Shown piece after piece: positions 39,439 through 48,313 of a stretch of DNA of 64,000 bases (its first letter is position 1; every line of letters starts with the position of its first letter). This DNA comes from Escherichia phage 4MG. The notes beneath the pieces were generated by a model that searched no databases, was not told the origin of the DNA, and saw only the letters and a program-made list of their open reading frames with translations. Location: the sequence record NC_022968.1; one strand, given 5' to 3'. Both the position numbers and the translations under genes were made by a program.

Positions 39439-41832
39439 TTATTGAGGAACACCAAGGATTAGGTTGATGTTACCCATGTTCGCAGCTTCAATCTGCTGGT
39501 CGATCATGTTCTTCATTTCGCCTGCGTCGATTTTGATCGTGATCTCACCGCTCACAGGTTCAGTTGGAATCACCATCGGAGGTGTTGCAGCCCCGGCTGG
39601 TCCAGGAACCATTCCATTCTGGTTCAGATAATCAAGTCTGCGCTGGTCAGTCATTGATCTCTGGCCTGTAATGAAGTCCCAAGCCTGTCCCATCCAAGAG
39701 TTTTTCTTCAGGTTACCACCTGCCGTGGTTTCAGTTCCATAAGTCTTATCGCTGTATTCCTGAGCAGAGTCGAAGACGTAATCTCCCAACAGCATACTCT
39801 CACCAGCGATCAGTGCAAACAAACCACCCTTACGTGCAAGCTTATTGCCAAGGCTTAATCCCTTGCCTTTACCCTTCTTCTTGCCCGGACCATCCTCTTC
39901 ACCACCGCCACCATTTCCAACACCAAAGATATCAGAGATAACCTTCAGTGCAGTGGAGAGACCAGCGATCTTAGTCAGGATGTTAAAGACACGAATAAGT
40001 GCAGAAGCGAAGAACAGAGCACCTACGCCCCAGCCTACCCATTTCCATGCAGAGGAAAGCTCTTCACCGTTCTTACGGAAGATCGGGATATAACGCTCCA
40101 TGATGCCTTGGATCAGGACAAAGGTGTTGTAGACAGTATAGACCATCTCCATAAACCCGGCTGTGAATCCAGCAAAGAATTGACCAAGATTTTGCGCAAG
40201 GGGACCGTTGGAGTCAAGAATTTTTGCGAGTTCGTTAAACGCGCTAGTTAATTCTTCACCAAAGCCACTCTGGAATACCTTGTTCTGGAAGTCCATCCAT
40301 GTTAATGTCAGACGCTGCATTGCAACACGGTTACCTTGCAGGGCTTTCTGAAGCGCACCACCCTTGTTTGCTGCCTCTGAGTAATACTTGGCAACGAATG
40401 GCAAGATTTTCGCAGCCTTCAGTTCACCCTTCTGCATCATGTCCATCATCTTGGTTACATCAATGGTGGAATCACCAAAAGCTTCCTGCGTTGCTTTGAG
40501 GAATACCTGTAGAGAACCAGGAATACCTTCCGCAAGCTGTTGCTTAAGTTCTTCAGCCATGATCTGACCTTTACCCATCATCTGTTGGATCGCAGTAATA
40601 CCACGTTGGTATTTAACTGGGTCAACCTGGAGGGCTGTTGAATATTCAGAGAAGGACTTGAATAGCTCATCGTTTTGTGATTTACTAAGAACACCGTTAG
40701 CGGCAATAGCCATTTGGGTGTAACCCTGTGCAGCAACTTTCAGGTCAAGACCTAAACGGTAGGACTGATCACGAACAAATTTCAGACGCTTACCTGCCTC
40801 TGCGGAGTCATCAGAAACCATCAGCATGGTTGCTTCCATACCCTGGAAGAACTGACCTGTTCTTACCACGCTTGCAGCAGCGTTGAATGCACCGTATGCA
40901 GCAGTTACACTCACCAACGTGCTACGCAGGTTCTTCAGCCCATCAGTCAAGGACAGGGTGTTCATGTTTGCTTTACGAAGTCCGGTCTCCATTGCAGCAA
41001 GTTCAGCACGGAAGTTTGAAGACTTCATGGTGTTGCTGTCAAGGAATCTTTCTTTCAGGGAGTCGAAACCCTTAAGTTTGGTTGCGTAGTTGTCACCATA
41101 TTTTGCACGAAGACGTACAGAGGCGTTGGCTACAGTTGATTCTTTACCTGCAAGATAACGAGAGTAACGAAGGTCTTCTGCCTCTTGTTTCTTACGGGCT
41201 TGTTCACGAGCACGAAGTTGCTCTCTGGATGCTTTCTGCTGTTGGCGTTGAACCTGCTGTTGCATTGCACGGTTTTGACGTGCAATCAGTGCCGGATCAG
41301 ATGCAGTACCACTACCAACCATGCCTGAAGCATTCCCTGATTTAGAACGGCGAGCCAGTTCCTCTTGCAGAGCAGCTTGACGTGCAGCAGAGATAGCGGG
41401 GTTTGTACCATAACCACCACCCGTTTTTTCCATTTGACGTAGACGTGCTTTCAGTCCATTATAGTCAGCTTGGGATTCAGGTGAACGTTTGGATGTCAGT
41501 TGAGCAACAGCTTGTTTTCTACGTGCTCTCTGGATCTTGTCAATTGCTTCACGAGCACGAGCCTCTTTCTTCGCCATAGCAATGTTATGGGCTGTGGTCT
41601 TTGCTTGTTCAGCACGTTCAGTTTGTTGCAGTCTTTTGTTGACAAGGCGAGCCTGCATTGCAGAACGCTTCAATGCTGCCGCTGGGTCTGACTTGCTGGC
41701 AGAGAATGCCTTACCAGCTTTTTCCCACTCAGTTTTCAAAGACTTCACAGCTTTCATGGCACGACCGAAGGAGGTCTTGTCCACGTCCCATGTGACTTTG
41801 TTGACTGTCTGGGTTACAATAATGTTCGCCAT
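39439..41832 (-). CDS. tail tape measure protein
   Basis: 797 aa; long Ala/Gln/Arg/Lys-rich helical region; hydrophobic Gly-rich segment; between chaperone and baseplate genes. Confidence 0.65.
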   Translation of the reverse strand: MANIIVTQTVNKVTWDVDKTSFGRAMKAVKSLKTEWEKAGKAFSASKSDPAAALKRSAMQARLVNKRLQQTERAEQAKTTAHNIAMAKKEARAREAIDKIQRARRKQAVAQLTSKRSPESQADYNGLKARLRQMEKTGGGYGTNPAISAARQAALQEELARRSKSGNASGMVGSGTASDPALIARQNRAMQQQVQRQQQKASREQLRAREQARKKQEAEDLRYSRYLAGKESTVANASVRLRAKYGDNYATKLKGFDSLKERFLDSNTMKSSNFRAELAAMETGLRKANMNTLSLTDGLKNLRSTLVSVTAAYGAFNAAASVVRTGQFFQGMEATMLMVSDDSAEAGKRLKFVRDQSYRLGLDLKVAAQGYTQMAIAANGVLSKSQNDELFKSFSEYSTALQVDPVKYQRGITAIQQMMGKGQIMAEELKQQLAEGIPGSLQVFLKATQEAFGDSTIDVTKMMDMMQKGELKAAKILPFVAKYYSEAANKGGALQKALQGNRVAMQRLTLTWMDFQNKVFQSGFGEELTSAFNELAKILDSNGPLAQNLGQFFAGFTAGFMEMVYTVYNTFVLIQGIMERYIPIFRKNGEELSSAWKWVGWGVGALFFASALIRVFNILTKIAGLSTALKVISDIFGVGNGGGGEEDGPGKKKGKGKGLSLGNKLARKGGLFALIAGESMLLGDYVFDSAQEYSDKTYGTETTAGGNLKKNSWMGQAWDFITGQRSMTDQRRLDYLNQNGMVPGPAGAATPPMVIPTEPVSGEITIKIDAGEMKNMIDQQIEAANMGNINLILGVPQ

Positions 41833-41885
41833 TGATTTCCTCTCAATAAAAAAGCCAGGTTCCCGAAAAGGAACCCGGCTTGAGA

Positions 41886-42128
41886 TTAACCTCTTCTACC
41901 ACGGCGCGGCTTGCTAGCGGCTTGAGCAGCTTTTGCTTTACTTTCTTCCTCTCTCTCGTGGACATCGTTGACAAACTCTTCCACATCGAGAAACTCATTC
42001 AGCCTGAGCAGATAGGCCATATCCGCATGTTCAAGGGACATATAAGATTCCCCTTTGAAACTTTTCAGAGCACGACACCACAAGTAATCGAACCAAGTCA
42101 GTGAGCTATTTTTCTTTGCATACTCCAT
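41886..42128 (-). CDS. hypothetical protein, possible second tail-chaperone ORF
   Basis: 80 aa ORF between chaperone and tape measure; basic C-terminus. Confidence 0.3.
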   Translation of the reverse strand: MEYAKKNSSLTWFDYLWCRALKSFKGESYMSLEHADMAYLLRLNEFLDVEEFVNDVHEREEESKAKAAQAASKPRRGRRG

Positions 42129-42163
42129 AGCCCTCAGGACGACTTTCGAAATTTTGGACGGTG

Positions 42164-42637
42164 TTACTCCGCTGCCACTTCCGTCGCCTGATCCACCGTA
42201 TTCACTTGATGGGTCTGTCCCAGGCGTCCCAGAAGTCCCTGAAGGTCTGCGAAACCGTCTTTCGTGAAAAAACAGCCGTAGTTGATCTCCAGAACTTTAG
42301 CAACAAGCTTAATGAGGTCTAACATTTTATCTTGGAACAGAGCGTCAATATCTACTTTACCCGCCATACCATCAACGGATACATCCTCAAGAATCAATGC
42401 GAAAAGTTTTTCGATATCATCTTGCTCCATCTGTTCAAAGAGGTATAGAATAGCAGTTGGGAGAGCGTCAGAAAGGTTCTGGCCTCCAGTCATCATGGAA
42501 CCAGAGATGGTTGCCATAGGGACTGCTACATAACGACCGATCTTCGGAAGGTTTTTCATAACCTTGGAAGGAGACCAGTGTGTGATAACAAAGTTGTGAC
42601 CTGCGAGGTCGATGTCAGTTGTTGGTCTGATATTCAT
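42164..42637 (-). CDS. putative tail assembly chaperone
   Basis: 157 aa between tube and tape measure genes (position-based). Confidence 0.4.
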   Translation of the reverse strand: MNIRPTTDIDLAGHNFVITHWSPSKVMKNLPKIGRYVAVPMATISGSMMTGGQNLSDALPTAILYLFEQMEQDDIEKLFALILEDVSVDGMAGKVDIDALFQDKMLDLIKLVAKVLEINYGCFFTKDGFADLQGLLGRLGQTHQVNTVDQATEVAAE

Positions 42638-42712
42638 GTACGCTCCTGCGTCTTTGAGATTGAGAGATCCTTACGTGTTTGAAAGGCCACGTCCATGTGG
42701 CACACGAAACAC

Positions 42713-43186
42713 TTATACGATACCTGCAAGACCAGCAAGACCGAAGCCTGCGGAAGACAGAGTATCTGGGCTTAACCAAGCGTCGAGGATACCGATTTCC
42801 CAGTCCATCTGGCCCACTTCTGTACCGTAGGTCAGGTCTGGTTGTTTCTGAATCCAACCGATAGTGCTGAGACCCATACCCTGAGAACCTTCAAGAAGGA
42901 CAGGGAAGAAGATCAGCCCGGTGATAGAAGCTTGTTTCTGCCAGTTTGCGAAGTTTCCGTTCCAAGAAGCGGTGTTCTGGAGGGAAACCGTCATAACACC
43001 AGATTGGTTACGGGATAGTGCGGCAGACAGTTCACCATCAACCCCCATGTGGGGGATGATGTTATCTTCGTTACGAGCAACGACGATCTTGGTATCTGCG
43101 GCAAATCCGGTAACACGCTGAGTCATCAGGTATAGCTTGACTTTTTTAGGGTCGTAAGCATACGGTGTTAGGATAGCTGTATTCAT
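42713..43186 (-). CDS. tail tube protein
   Basis: 157 aa immediately downstream of sheath gene. Confidence 0.55.
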   Translation of the reverse strand: MNTAILTPYAYDPKKVKLYLMTQRVTGFAADTKIVVARNEDNIIPHMGVDGELSAALSRNQSGVMTVSLQNTASWNGNFANWQKQASITGLIFFPVLLEGSQGMGLSTIGWIQKQPDLTYGTEVGQMDWEIGILDAWLSPDTLSSAGFGLAGLAGIV

Positions 43187-43189
43187 TTA

Positions 43190-44602
43190 TTACACTCCTG
43201 CTGTTACAGTCTGACCGTTTCCGGAACTAGACCCTGTTTTATCTAACAGAACGGTCATGCGGATCTTAACGAAGTGCAGTGGTGTGTTGTACACAAGTTC
43301 CACTTTCACGTTGTTCAGAGTACGAGCAGCCAGATCGTTAGTCGGGATGTTTGCACGAAGCGGGATAGTGATCACCGGATCGTAGAACACTTTGTTAACG
43401 TCATCGTATCCGGTCAGGATAGAACCGTTAGCGATACCTACGTTGATAGGGTTGTTCAGCATCACAGACTTCAGGTTTGGCAGATCGTCATCACTCATCT
43501 TCATGGACAGGCCCTGATTAGAACGACGAGACATGTAGCCGAACACGCTTTCTTCTGTGCGGAATTTCAGCCAGTGACCGAAACGAACAACGTCAACATA
43601 GTTGCCGGAAGCACATTTGCCTTCGTAGAAGGAACCAACACCGTTAATCATACGGTAGAAGTTCAGGTTCTGACCCCAAATGGTCATACGGTCTGTTGCG
43701 CTCAGAACTGGAGCGATAACACCTTCCATAGTCTTCAGGTGAATAGAGTCACCATAAGAAGGATCGTTGGAAGCCATTGCACCGATGATACCACCTTCGG
43801 AGAACGCGCTATCCGCAAGCGGATCGTACATACCGATAGAGGTGTCGTACTGAAGAGCTTTCAGTTGGTTTGCAATAGAGTTGCTACCCGCTGTTTTAAC
43901 CAGTTCGTCAGCAGTTGCATAGACGTGCAGCTTGTAGTTAGCAGCAGCGAATGATGCAGCAGCCAGAATGGATGCGTTAGTGTGAGATTCGGTGCTCAGG
44001 AAGTACCAGTTCTCAGTTGCAGTCAGGATCTGAGGAAGAACAGAGGATACAGTTTCACTTGAAGTGTTGCTGATCACCATGTTTCCGCTGTCGCGCCCGA
44101 CGCTGAATGCACCACCGTTCTTAGGAACGATTGTTACCACACCTGCGCTTGCAGTTGCAGTCAAAACAGTGGTCAGGGTTGCATCACCGTTCAGAGATGC
44201 TGCCAGAGCGGTAGCAATACTGGTTGGTGTAGATGCACCAGTTACCGCCACGATAACGCTGGTCTGATATGCACCAGAAACTACGTTCAGGGCTACAGGA
44301 GCGTCAGGGTCGGTATTGACCTGTCCGGTGAAGTCCACGATGGTGTTAGTAAAGCCTTGACGACCAACCATCAGGTACTGAGGACGGAATGTTCCAGCGA
44401 ATGCTTTTGTTGCGAAGACATAAGCTGGGGAACCTGGAGCGAATCCATCATCTACTAGCTGATCGAGTTCGGTATAAGCGCGAAAACGTTCAGGGAAGAC
44501 GTTGTGGATAGCCAGGAACAGCGGGGTTTCAAACCCTTTGGTGTCGATTGGTTGAGTACCAAGCGCGACTGTTACGTCAACCACCTTATCATTATAAGCC
44601 AT
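43190..44602 (-). CDS. contractile tail sheath protein
   Basis: 470 aa; size and position ahead of tube gene; AAGAGGAAA SD. Confidence 0.6.
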   Translation of the reverse strand: MAYNDKVVDVTVALGTQPIDTKGFETPLFLAIHNVFPERFRAYTELDQLVDDGFAPGSPAYVFATKAFAGTFRPQYLMVGRQGFTNTIVDFTGQVNTDPDAPVALNVVSGAYQTSVIVAVTGASTPTSIATALAASLNGDATLTTVLTATASAGVVTIVPKNGGAFSVGRDSGNMVISNTSSETVSSVLPQILTATENWYFLSTESHTNASILAAASFAAANYKLHVYATADELVKTAGSNSIANQLKALQYDTSIGMYDPLADSAFSEGGIIGAMASNDPSYGDSIHLKTMEGVIAPVLSATDRMTIWGQNLNFYRMINGVGSFYEGKCASGNYVDVVRFGHWLKFRTEESVFGYMSRRSNQGLSMKMSDDDLPNLKSVMLNNPINVGIANGSILTGYDDVNKVFYDPVITIPLRANIPTNDLAARTLNNVKVELVYNTPLHFVKIRMTVLLDKTGSSSGNGQTVTAGV

Positions 44603-44666
44603 CGGTTTCCTCTTCTTTATTTCTGTACATACAGTTATTGACCAGCACCTCGTTGTGCTGTATTAT

Positions 44667-44682
44667 GAGGGCCGAAGCCCTC
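44667..44682 (-). other. UUCG tetraloop hairpin upstream of sheath gene
   Basis: Minus-strand GAGGGC-UUCG-GCCCTC; second inverted repeat CAGCAC..GTGCTG at 44643..44660. Confidence 0.4.
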
Positions 44683-44732
44683 TTATACGATCACTAATAA
44701 GCGAGAGCTTATCAATAACCGAGTGGTTTTCT

Positions 44733-45263
44733 TTAATCTTGAGCCGGGAAGTGATAAACGATTTGAGCGTTGATCTTCTCCAGGTCCTCGAAAGATCCGG
44801 TATCTGTTTCGATGAAGCATACGTTGAACGTAATCAGCACCACAGCACGGTTTTCGAACTTCTGCACGTTCAATGGGACTCTCAAACGAGAAATCGTCGA
44901 AGAGGATGAGTATGCAAAAGGAGAGTTGGTTGGGAAATACTTATCGTAAATGAACGGTAAGTTCATCGCCTGTAGCACCCTGCTTAAAGCATTGGGGGCC
45001 TTGCCACGGTAAGCTGTCAGAGTATACACAACCTCATAGTTGTGAACTGTCGTAGCGTTTCCGTTTACATCAAGCCCCTCGTCAGATTGCCAGTCAAGCT
45101 GGTCAACTGCTGTTAGGTCTACAAGAATGAATTCACCATCAATTTTGGGGATCTCATCCTCTCCTGCCAGAACCACCTTTCGGCCTGTGGTTTCTTTACA
45201 AAAAGAACCAACCGTTTTGGTAAGAGCATCAAAGATCTCATCGGAATTGGTGAATCCTGCCAT
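44733..45263 (-). CDS. tail completion/neck-region protein (by position)
   Basis: 176 aa ORF. Confidence 0.35.
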   Translation of the reverse strand: MAGFTNSDEIFDALTKTVGSFCKETTGRKVVLAGEDEIPKIDGEFILVDLTAVDQLDWQSDEGLDVNGNATTVHNYEVVYTLTAYRGKAPNALSRVLQAMNLPFIYDKYFPTNSPFAYSSSSTISRLRVPLNVQKFENRAVVLITFNVCFIETDTGSFEDLEKINAQIVYHFPAQD

Positions 45264-45700
45264 TAAATTCCTCCGTTTGTTCCTTCAGGAACAGACACCA
45301 CGTAAGCGCGGAAACGTGCAACACCTGTGGTCTGATATGCATCAGACTTGATCACGGTGAACCACACCATTTCCCCACGGGAATTCATCAGCTTAATTTG
45401 GTCAGCAAGTTCATTAGAACCTTCCACCGGACCGCGTAGCATCACTGAAGAGTACACGGTGAAGGAGTCATATTGTCTCCCACCTTCCTGCATCAGTTGA
45501 GATGTGTAATCTCGTGCGGCCTTACCAGTAAGCGGCTGAACAACGCATTCCAGGACATCAAACTCTTCATAGTCGATTTGGATGCCTTGGTTTTCAAATG
45601 GGTTGTCCATATCCACTTTGGCGTATTCTCTGTGTCGTCCAACAAATGTTGGTCGCGGGATCAGTTTGTTTCTACCAATAAGTCTGTAACCTTGAGCCAT
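45263..45700 (-). CDS. head-tail joining region protein (by position)
   Basis: 145 aa ORF. Confidence 0.35.
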   Translation of the reverse strand: MAQGYRLIGRNKLIPRPTFVGRHREYAKVDMDNPFENQGIQIDYEEFDVLECVVQPLTGKAARDYTSQLMQEGGRQYDSFTVYSSVMLRGPVEGSNELADQIKLMNSRGEMVWFTVIKSDAYQTTGVARFRAYVVSVPEGTNGGI

Positions 45701-46182
45701 TATACCCCCGAATCCTTACCTTTTGAAATTCTGAATGTTGTGGACTCTTTGAGGTCTCCATAATGGAACATCGCCTCTTTGAATCCCTTGACATCAGCCC
45801 AGGCATCAGATACTGTGTTGTGAGGGAAAAGTCCGGTGTCGATCACGAATTGGATTTTTCTCGCCCCGGCTTTACCAATCCTGTTGAGGATCGGGGTCAG
45901 GTTCTGACCACCCATTGCGAGATATGCAAACAGATCTTTTTGTAGTTTGTTCAGTTCCTTGTTAAAGGCAACTGCGGCACTGGTCATGAATGTACGAGCA
46001 GGTAGCCCGTTCCAGCCCTCTTGGTGAATCGCTGCGAGAGTCGCAGTATTAAGACCTGAGTAGTGAGGGTCATCGTAGTAACCGTATGATACTTGACGAT
46101 AATCAAGCACTTTGGTTGCCTTATAAAAGTTCTCTAACTGACTCAGATCTTGCTTACTTGTGAATTTTGGTCTCATAGCCAC
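45700..46182 (-). CDS. head-tail joining region protein (by position)
   Basis: 160 aa ORF. Confidence 0.35.
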   Translation of the reverse strand: MAMRPKFTSKQDLSQLENFYKATKVLDYRQVSYGYYDDPHYSGLNTATLAAIHQEGWNGLPARTFMTSAAVAFNKELNKLQKDLFAYLAMGGQNLTPILNRIGKAGARKIQFVIDTGLFPHNTVSDAWADVKGFKEAMFHYGDLKESTTFRISKGKDSGV

Positions 46183-46241
46183 ATCCGTTTAGGTATTTTA
46201 CCACATTATCTTAGCAAAATCAACGATCAAGCGAAGGATAA

Positions 46242-46760
46242 TTAACGAGGCCAGCGGTGAGGGTATCTACGGGGGATTCCCGGTACACCAGTCTGGGGTA
46301 CAATGCCTGCAACATCGAAAGGACCTCTTGAGTTTGGATTCCTTTTAACGCGAAGATATTCATCTTGACGAACACCGCCAACAATGACTAAACTTGATAC
46401 CGCGCTGAGGCAATCATTCACATAATCCGGGTTAGCTTGCAGCCAGTCTAGGAAGTCTTTCCAGTTCTGGTATGTAGATCCACCCTTGACCTGGATAGTC
46501 TCGTCACCGATCTTTTCCAGACGTTCTGTGATAGATGCTTCACCAGAGTTAACTTCTTGCAGGATTAACCAACGAACGACATCCACCATCGTGTTATAGA
46601 TAACACGCCACATGTCGCAAGGGGTTGCATCAGGATTAGGCCACCCGGCCTTTACCTTTTCAATTGCAAGGAATGCCAGAATTGTTTCATCAGGCAAGAC
46701 CTCTGGAGGAATTGACCCAAGGAGCAGTCGAATGTAATCAATAATTTCTTGGTCTGTCAT
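46242..46760 (-). CDS. hypothetical virion-module protein
   Basis: 172 aa ORF. Confidence 0.4.
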   Translation of the reverse strand: MTDQEIIDYIRLLLGSIPPEVLPDETILAFLAIEKVKAGWPNPDATPCDMWRVIYNTMVDVVRWLILQEVNSGEASITERLEKIGDETIQVKGGSTYQNWKDFLDWLQANPDYVNDCLSAVSSLVIVGGVRQDEYLRVKRNPNSRGPFDVAGIVPQTGVPGIPRRYPHRWPR

Positions 46761-46834
46761 TTTCGCTCCTGTTGGATTGCTCTTCTATTAATCAATATCT
46801 TATCATAAAAGATTCTATTTGTCATTAAAAAGAC

Positions 46835-46862
46835 TTGACAAGGCGTTATCACATGGTATATT
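46835..46862 (+). promoter_or_regulatory. sigma70-like promoter TTGACA-16-TATATT for the plus-strand moron
   Basis: TTGACA 46835..46840, TATATT 46857..46862, about 30 nt upstream of TAGGAGA SD. Confidence 0.55.
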
Positions 46863-46894
46863 AACCTTAATTAACGAACATAGGAGAACATTTT

Positions 46895-47299
46895 ATGAAG
46901 AATACTAAGGGAATTGTTTCACTGGCTGTCGGTGCTGTTGTTGCGGCTTTGGTGACGACCACCTACATCATGAAGCATCCAAATCTGGACAACATGCAAG
47001 CCATCGAATCAAGCTGGCTGTCGAAGGAAGAGAAAACAGCAAGTATCCATCGACTTGTGCGTTTGTCTTGCGACCAATCATTTCGTAAGGCATTTAAGCC
47101 TGGGGTGTCTGTAGTGCAGACAGGGGAGATGGATGAGATCACAGAGCAAGCAGAAGGCTATCAATATCTCAACGATGTGGCAATCCTCTATGGAACGAAA
47201 GGTTACAAAGGGGCATACATCTGCACATACTATAAAGATGGTAAAGAGCCTATGGTTAATGTGAATATGGAAGCGGGTGTTAAACCACTCCTAAAATAA
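46895..47299 (+). CDS. membrane-anchored/secreted moron protein
   Basis: 134 aa; N-terminal hydrophobic anchor; sole plus-strand gene inside minus-strand structural block; own promoter and terminator. Confidence 0.55.
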   Translation: MKNTKGIVSLAVGAVVAALVTTTYIMKHPNLDNMQAIESSWLSKEEKTASIHRLVRLSCDQSFRKAFKPGVSVVQTGEMDEITEQAEGYQYLNDVAILYGTKGYKGAYICTYYKDGKEPMVNVNMEAGVKPLLK

Positions 47300-47301
47300 A
47301 A

Positions 47302-47315
47302 GGCCCCGAAGGGCC
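47302..47315. terminator. bidirectional terminator hairpin
   Basis: GGCCC-CGAA-GGGCC with T-runs on both strands, between convergent genes. Confidence 0.6.
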
Positions 47316-47321
47316 TTATGA

Positions 47322-47621
47322 TTACGCCATAATACCAGCGGCTTTTAGTTTTGCCAGCAGAGCGTTAAAGTCAGTAACCAGACCAGCAGCATCAGTTGCT
47401 GTACTGTTTGCCTGAGTTGCAGCCATTTTAACGCCACCAACTACGCTTGTAGTCGCAGCCACAGGTGCGAAAGTGGTTGGTTTGCCTGTGATATCAGCCC
47501 AAGCTACAGAACCACCGCCACCAGATCCTGAGATAATATCAGCAACGCTGATTGATTGTCCAGTACCAAGGTCGATGAGTTTAGTTGCGTAAAGCAGACC
47601 AGCTACACCAGAAGTTGCCAT
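47322..47621 (-). CDS. small fiber-associated protein
   Basis: 99 aa; Gly-rich; ADITGKPTTFAP motif of the kind seen in tail fiber proteins (recalled, not verified). Confidence 0.4.
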   Translation of the reverse strand: MATSGVAGLLYATKLIDLGTGQSISVADIISGSGGGGSVAWADITGKPTTFAPVAATTSVVGGVKMAATQANSTATDAAGLVTDFNALLAKLKAAGIMA

Positions 47622-47634
47622 ATTTTATTTCTCC

Positions 47635-48279
47635 TTATAGGAATGAGTCGGGTAATGCAGGGATTGTTGCGATTGTGGAAGCTTGTTCCACTTGGTCAAG
47701 GTAAGACCAATAAGACTTCATCATTTCATACTGAGCACGAGAAACCTGTGTTACAAGGTCTTTCATTTCTGCATGGGTGAAGTCAGATTTGTATCCATCA
47801 AGGAATCGGAATGGGTAGACTTCTGAGGACTGATCCCCGTCTGCTTCCAGAACCGACTTAATGGAGAGAAGAGTCGCAAGGTCGAAGCTTTTAACTCTAA
47901 CTTTGTACTCAACATTGTCAACCGGATAAGGAATCCCGATATCAAGATCGCGAGATAGAATATTTTGAGCCGCAGCCTTGTAACTCTGCTTGGCAGATTC
48001 AAGGTTTGCTGCAATTTCTTCTGGCGTAAAATCTCTTGAGTTCCACGTCTGTTCCCATTGCTGAGTTTGGTCGTTGAAATGTGGAGCACCCTCAGTTACC
48101 ACATCACCAGTCGGAGGTGTGACAGGGATTACCGGAAAGTAGCCAAACTCAACAAGGTTCTCAGAATAAATCCAAGTACCGATGCTCACGTTAGGATTGT
48201 CTGCTCTGAAGTCAGCCAAGTAAACCGGATATCTCCCATCAGAAGACCTGATCATGGGTGTGTATGAATATACTACCAT
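47635..48279 (-). CDS. hypothetical protein downstream of collagen-like fiber
   Basis: 214 aa ORF. Confidence 0.4.
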   Translation of the reverse strand: MVVYSYTPMIRSSDGRYPVYLADFRADNPNVSIGTWIYSENLVEFGYFPVIPVTPPTGDVVTEGAPHFNDQTQQWEQTWNSRDFTPEEIAANLESAKQSYKAAAQNILSRDLDIGIPYPVDNVEYKVRVKSFDLATLLSIKSVLEADGDQSSEVYPFRFLDGYKSDFTHAEMKDLVTQVSRAQYEMMKSYWSYLDQVEQASTIATIPALPDSFL

Positions 48280-48295
48280 TTACTCTCCTTGAGAA

Positions 48296-48309
48296 GGGGC
48301 CGAAGCCCC
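48296..48309 (-). other. intercistronic UUCG tetraloop hairpin
   Basis: Minus-strand GGGGC-UUCG-GCCCC between fiber stop and next SD. Confidence 0.4.
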
Positions 48310-48313
48310 TTTA

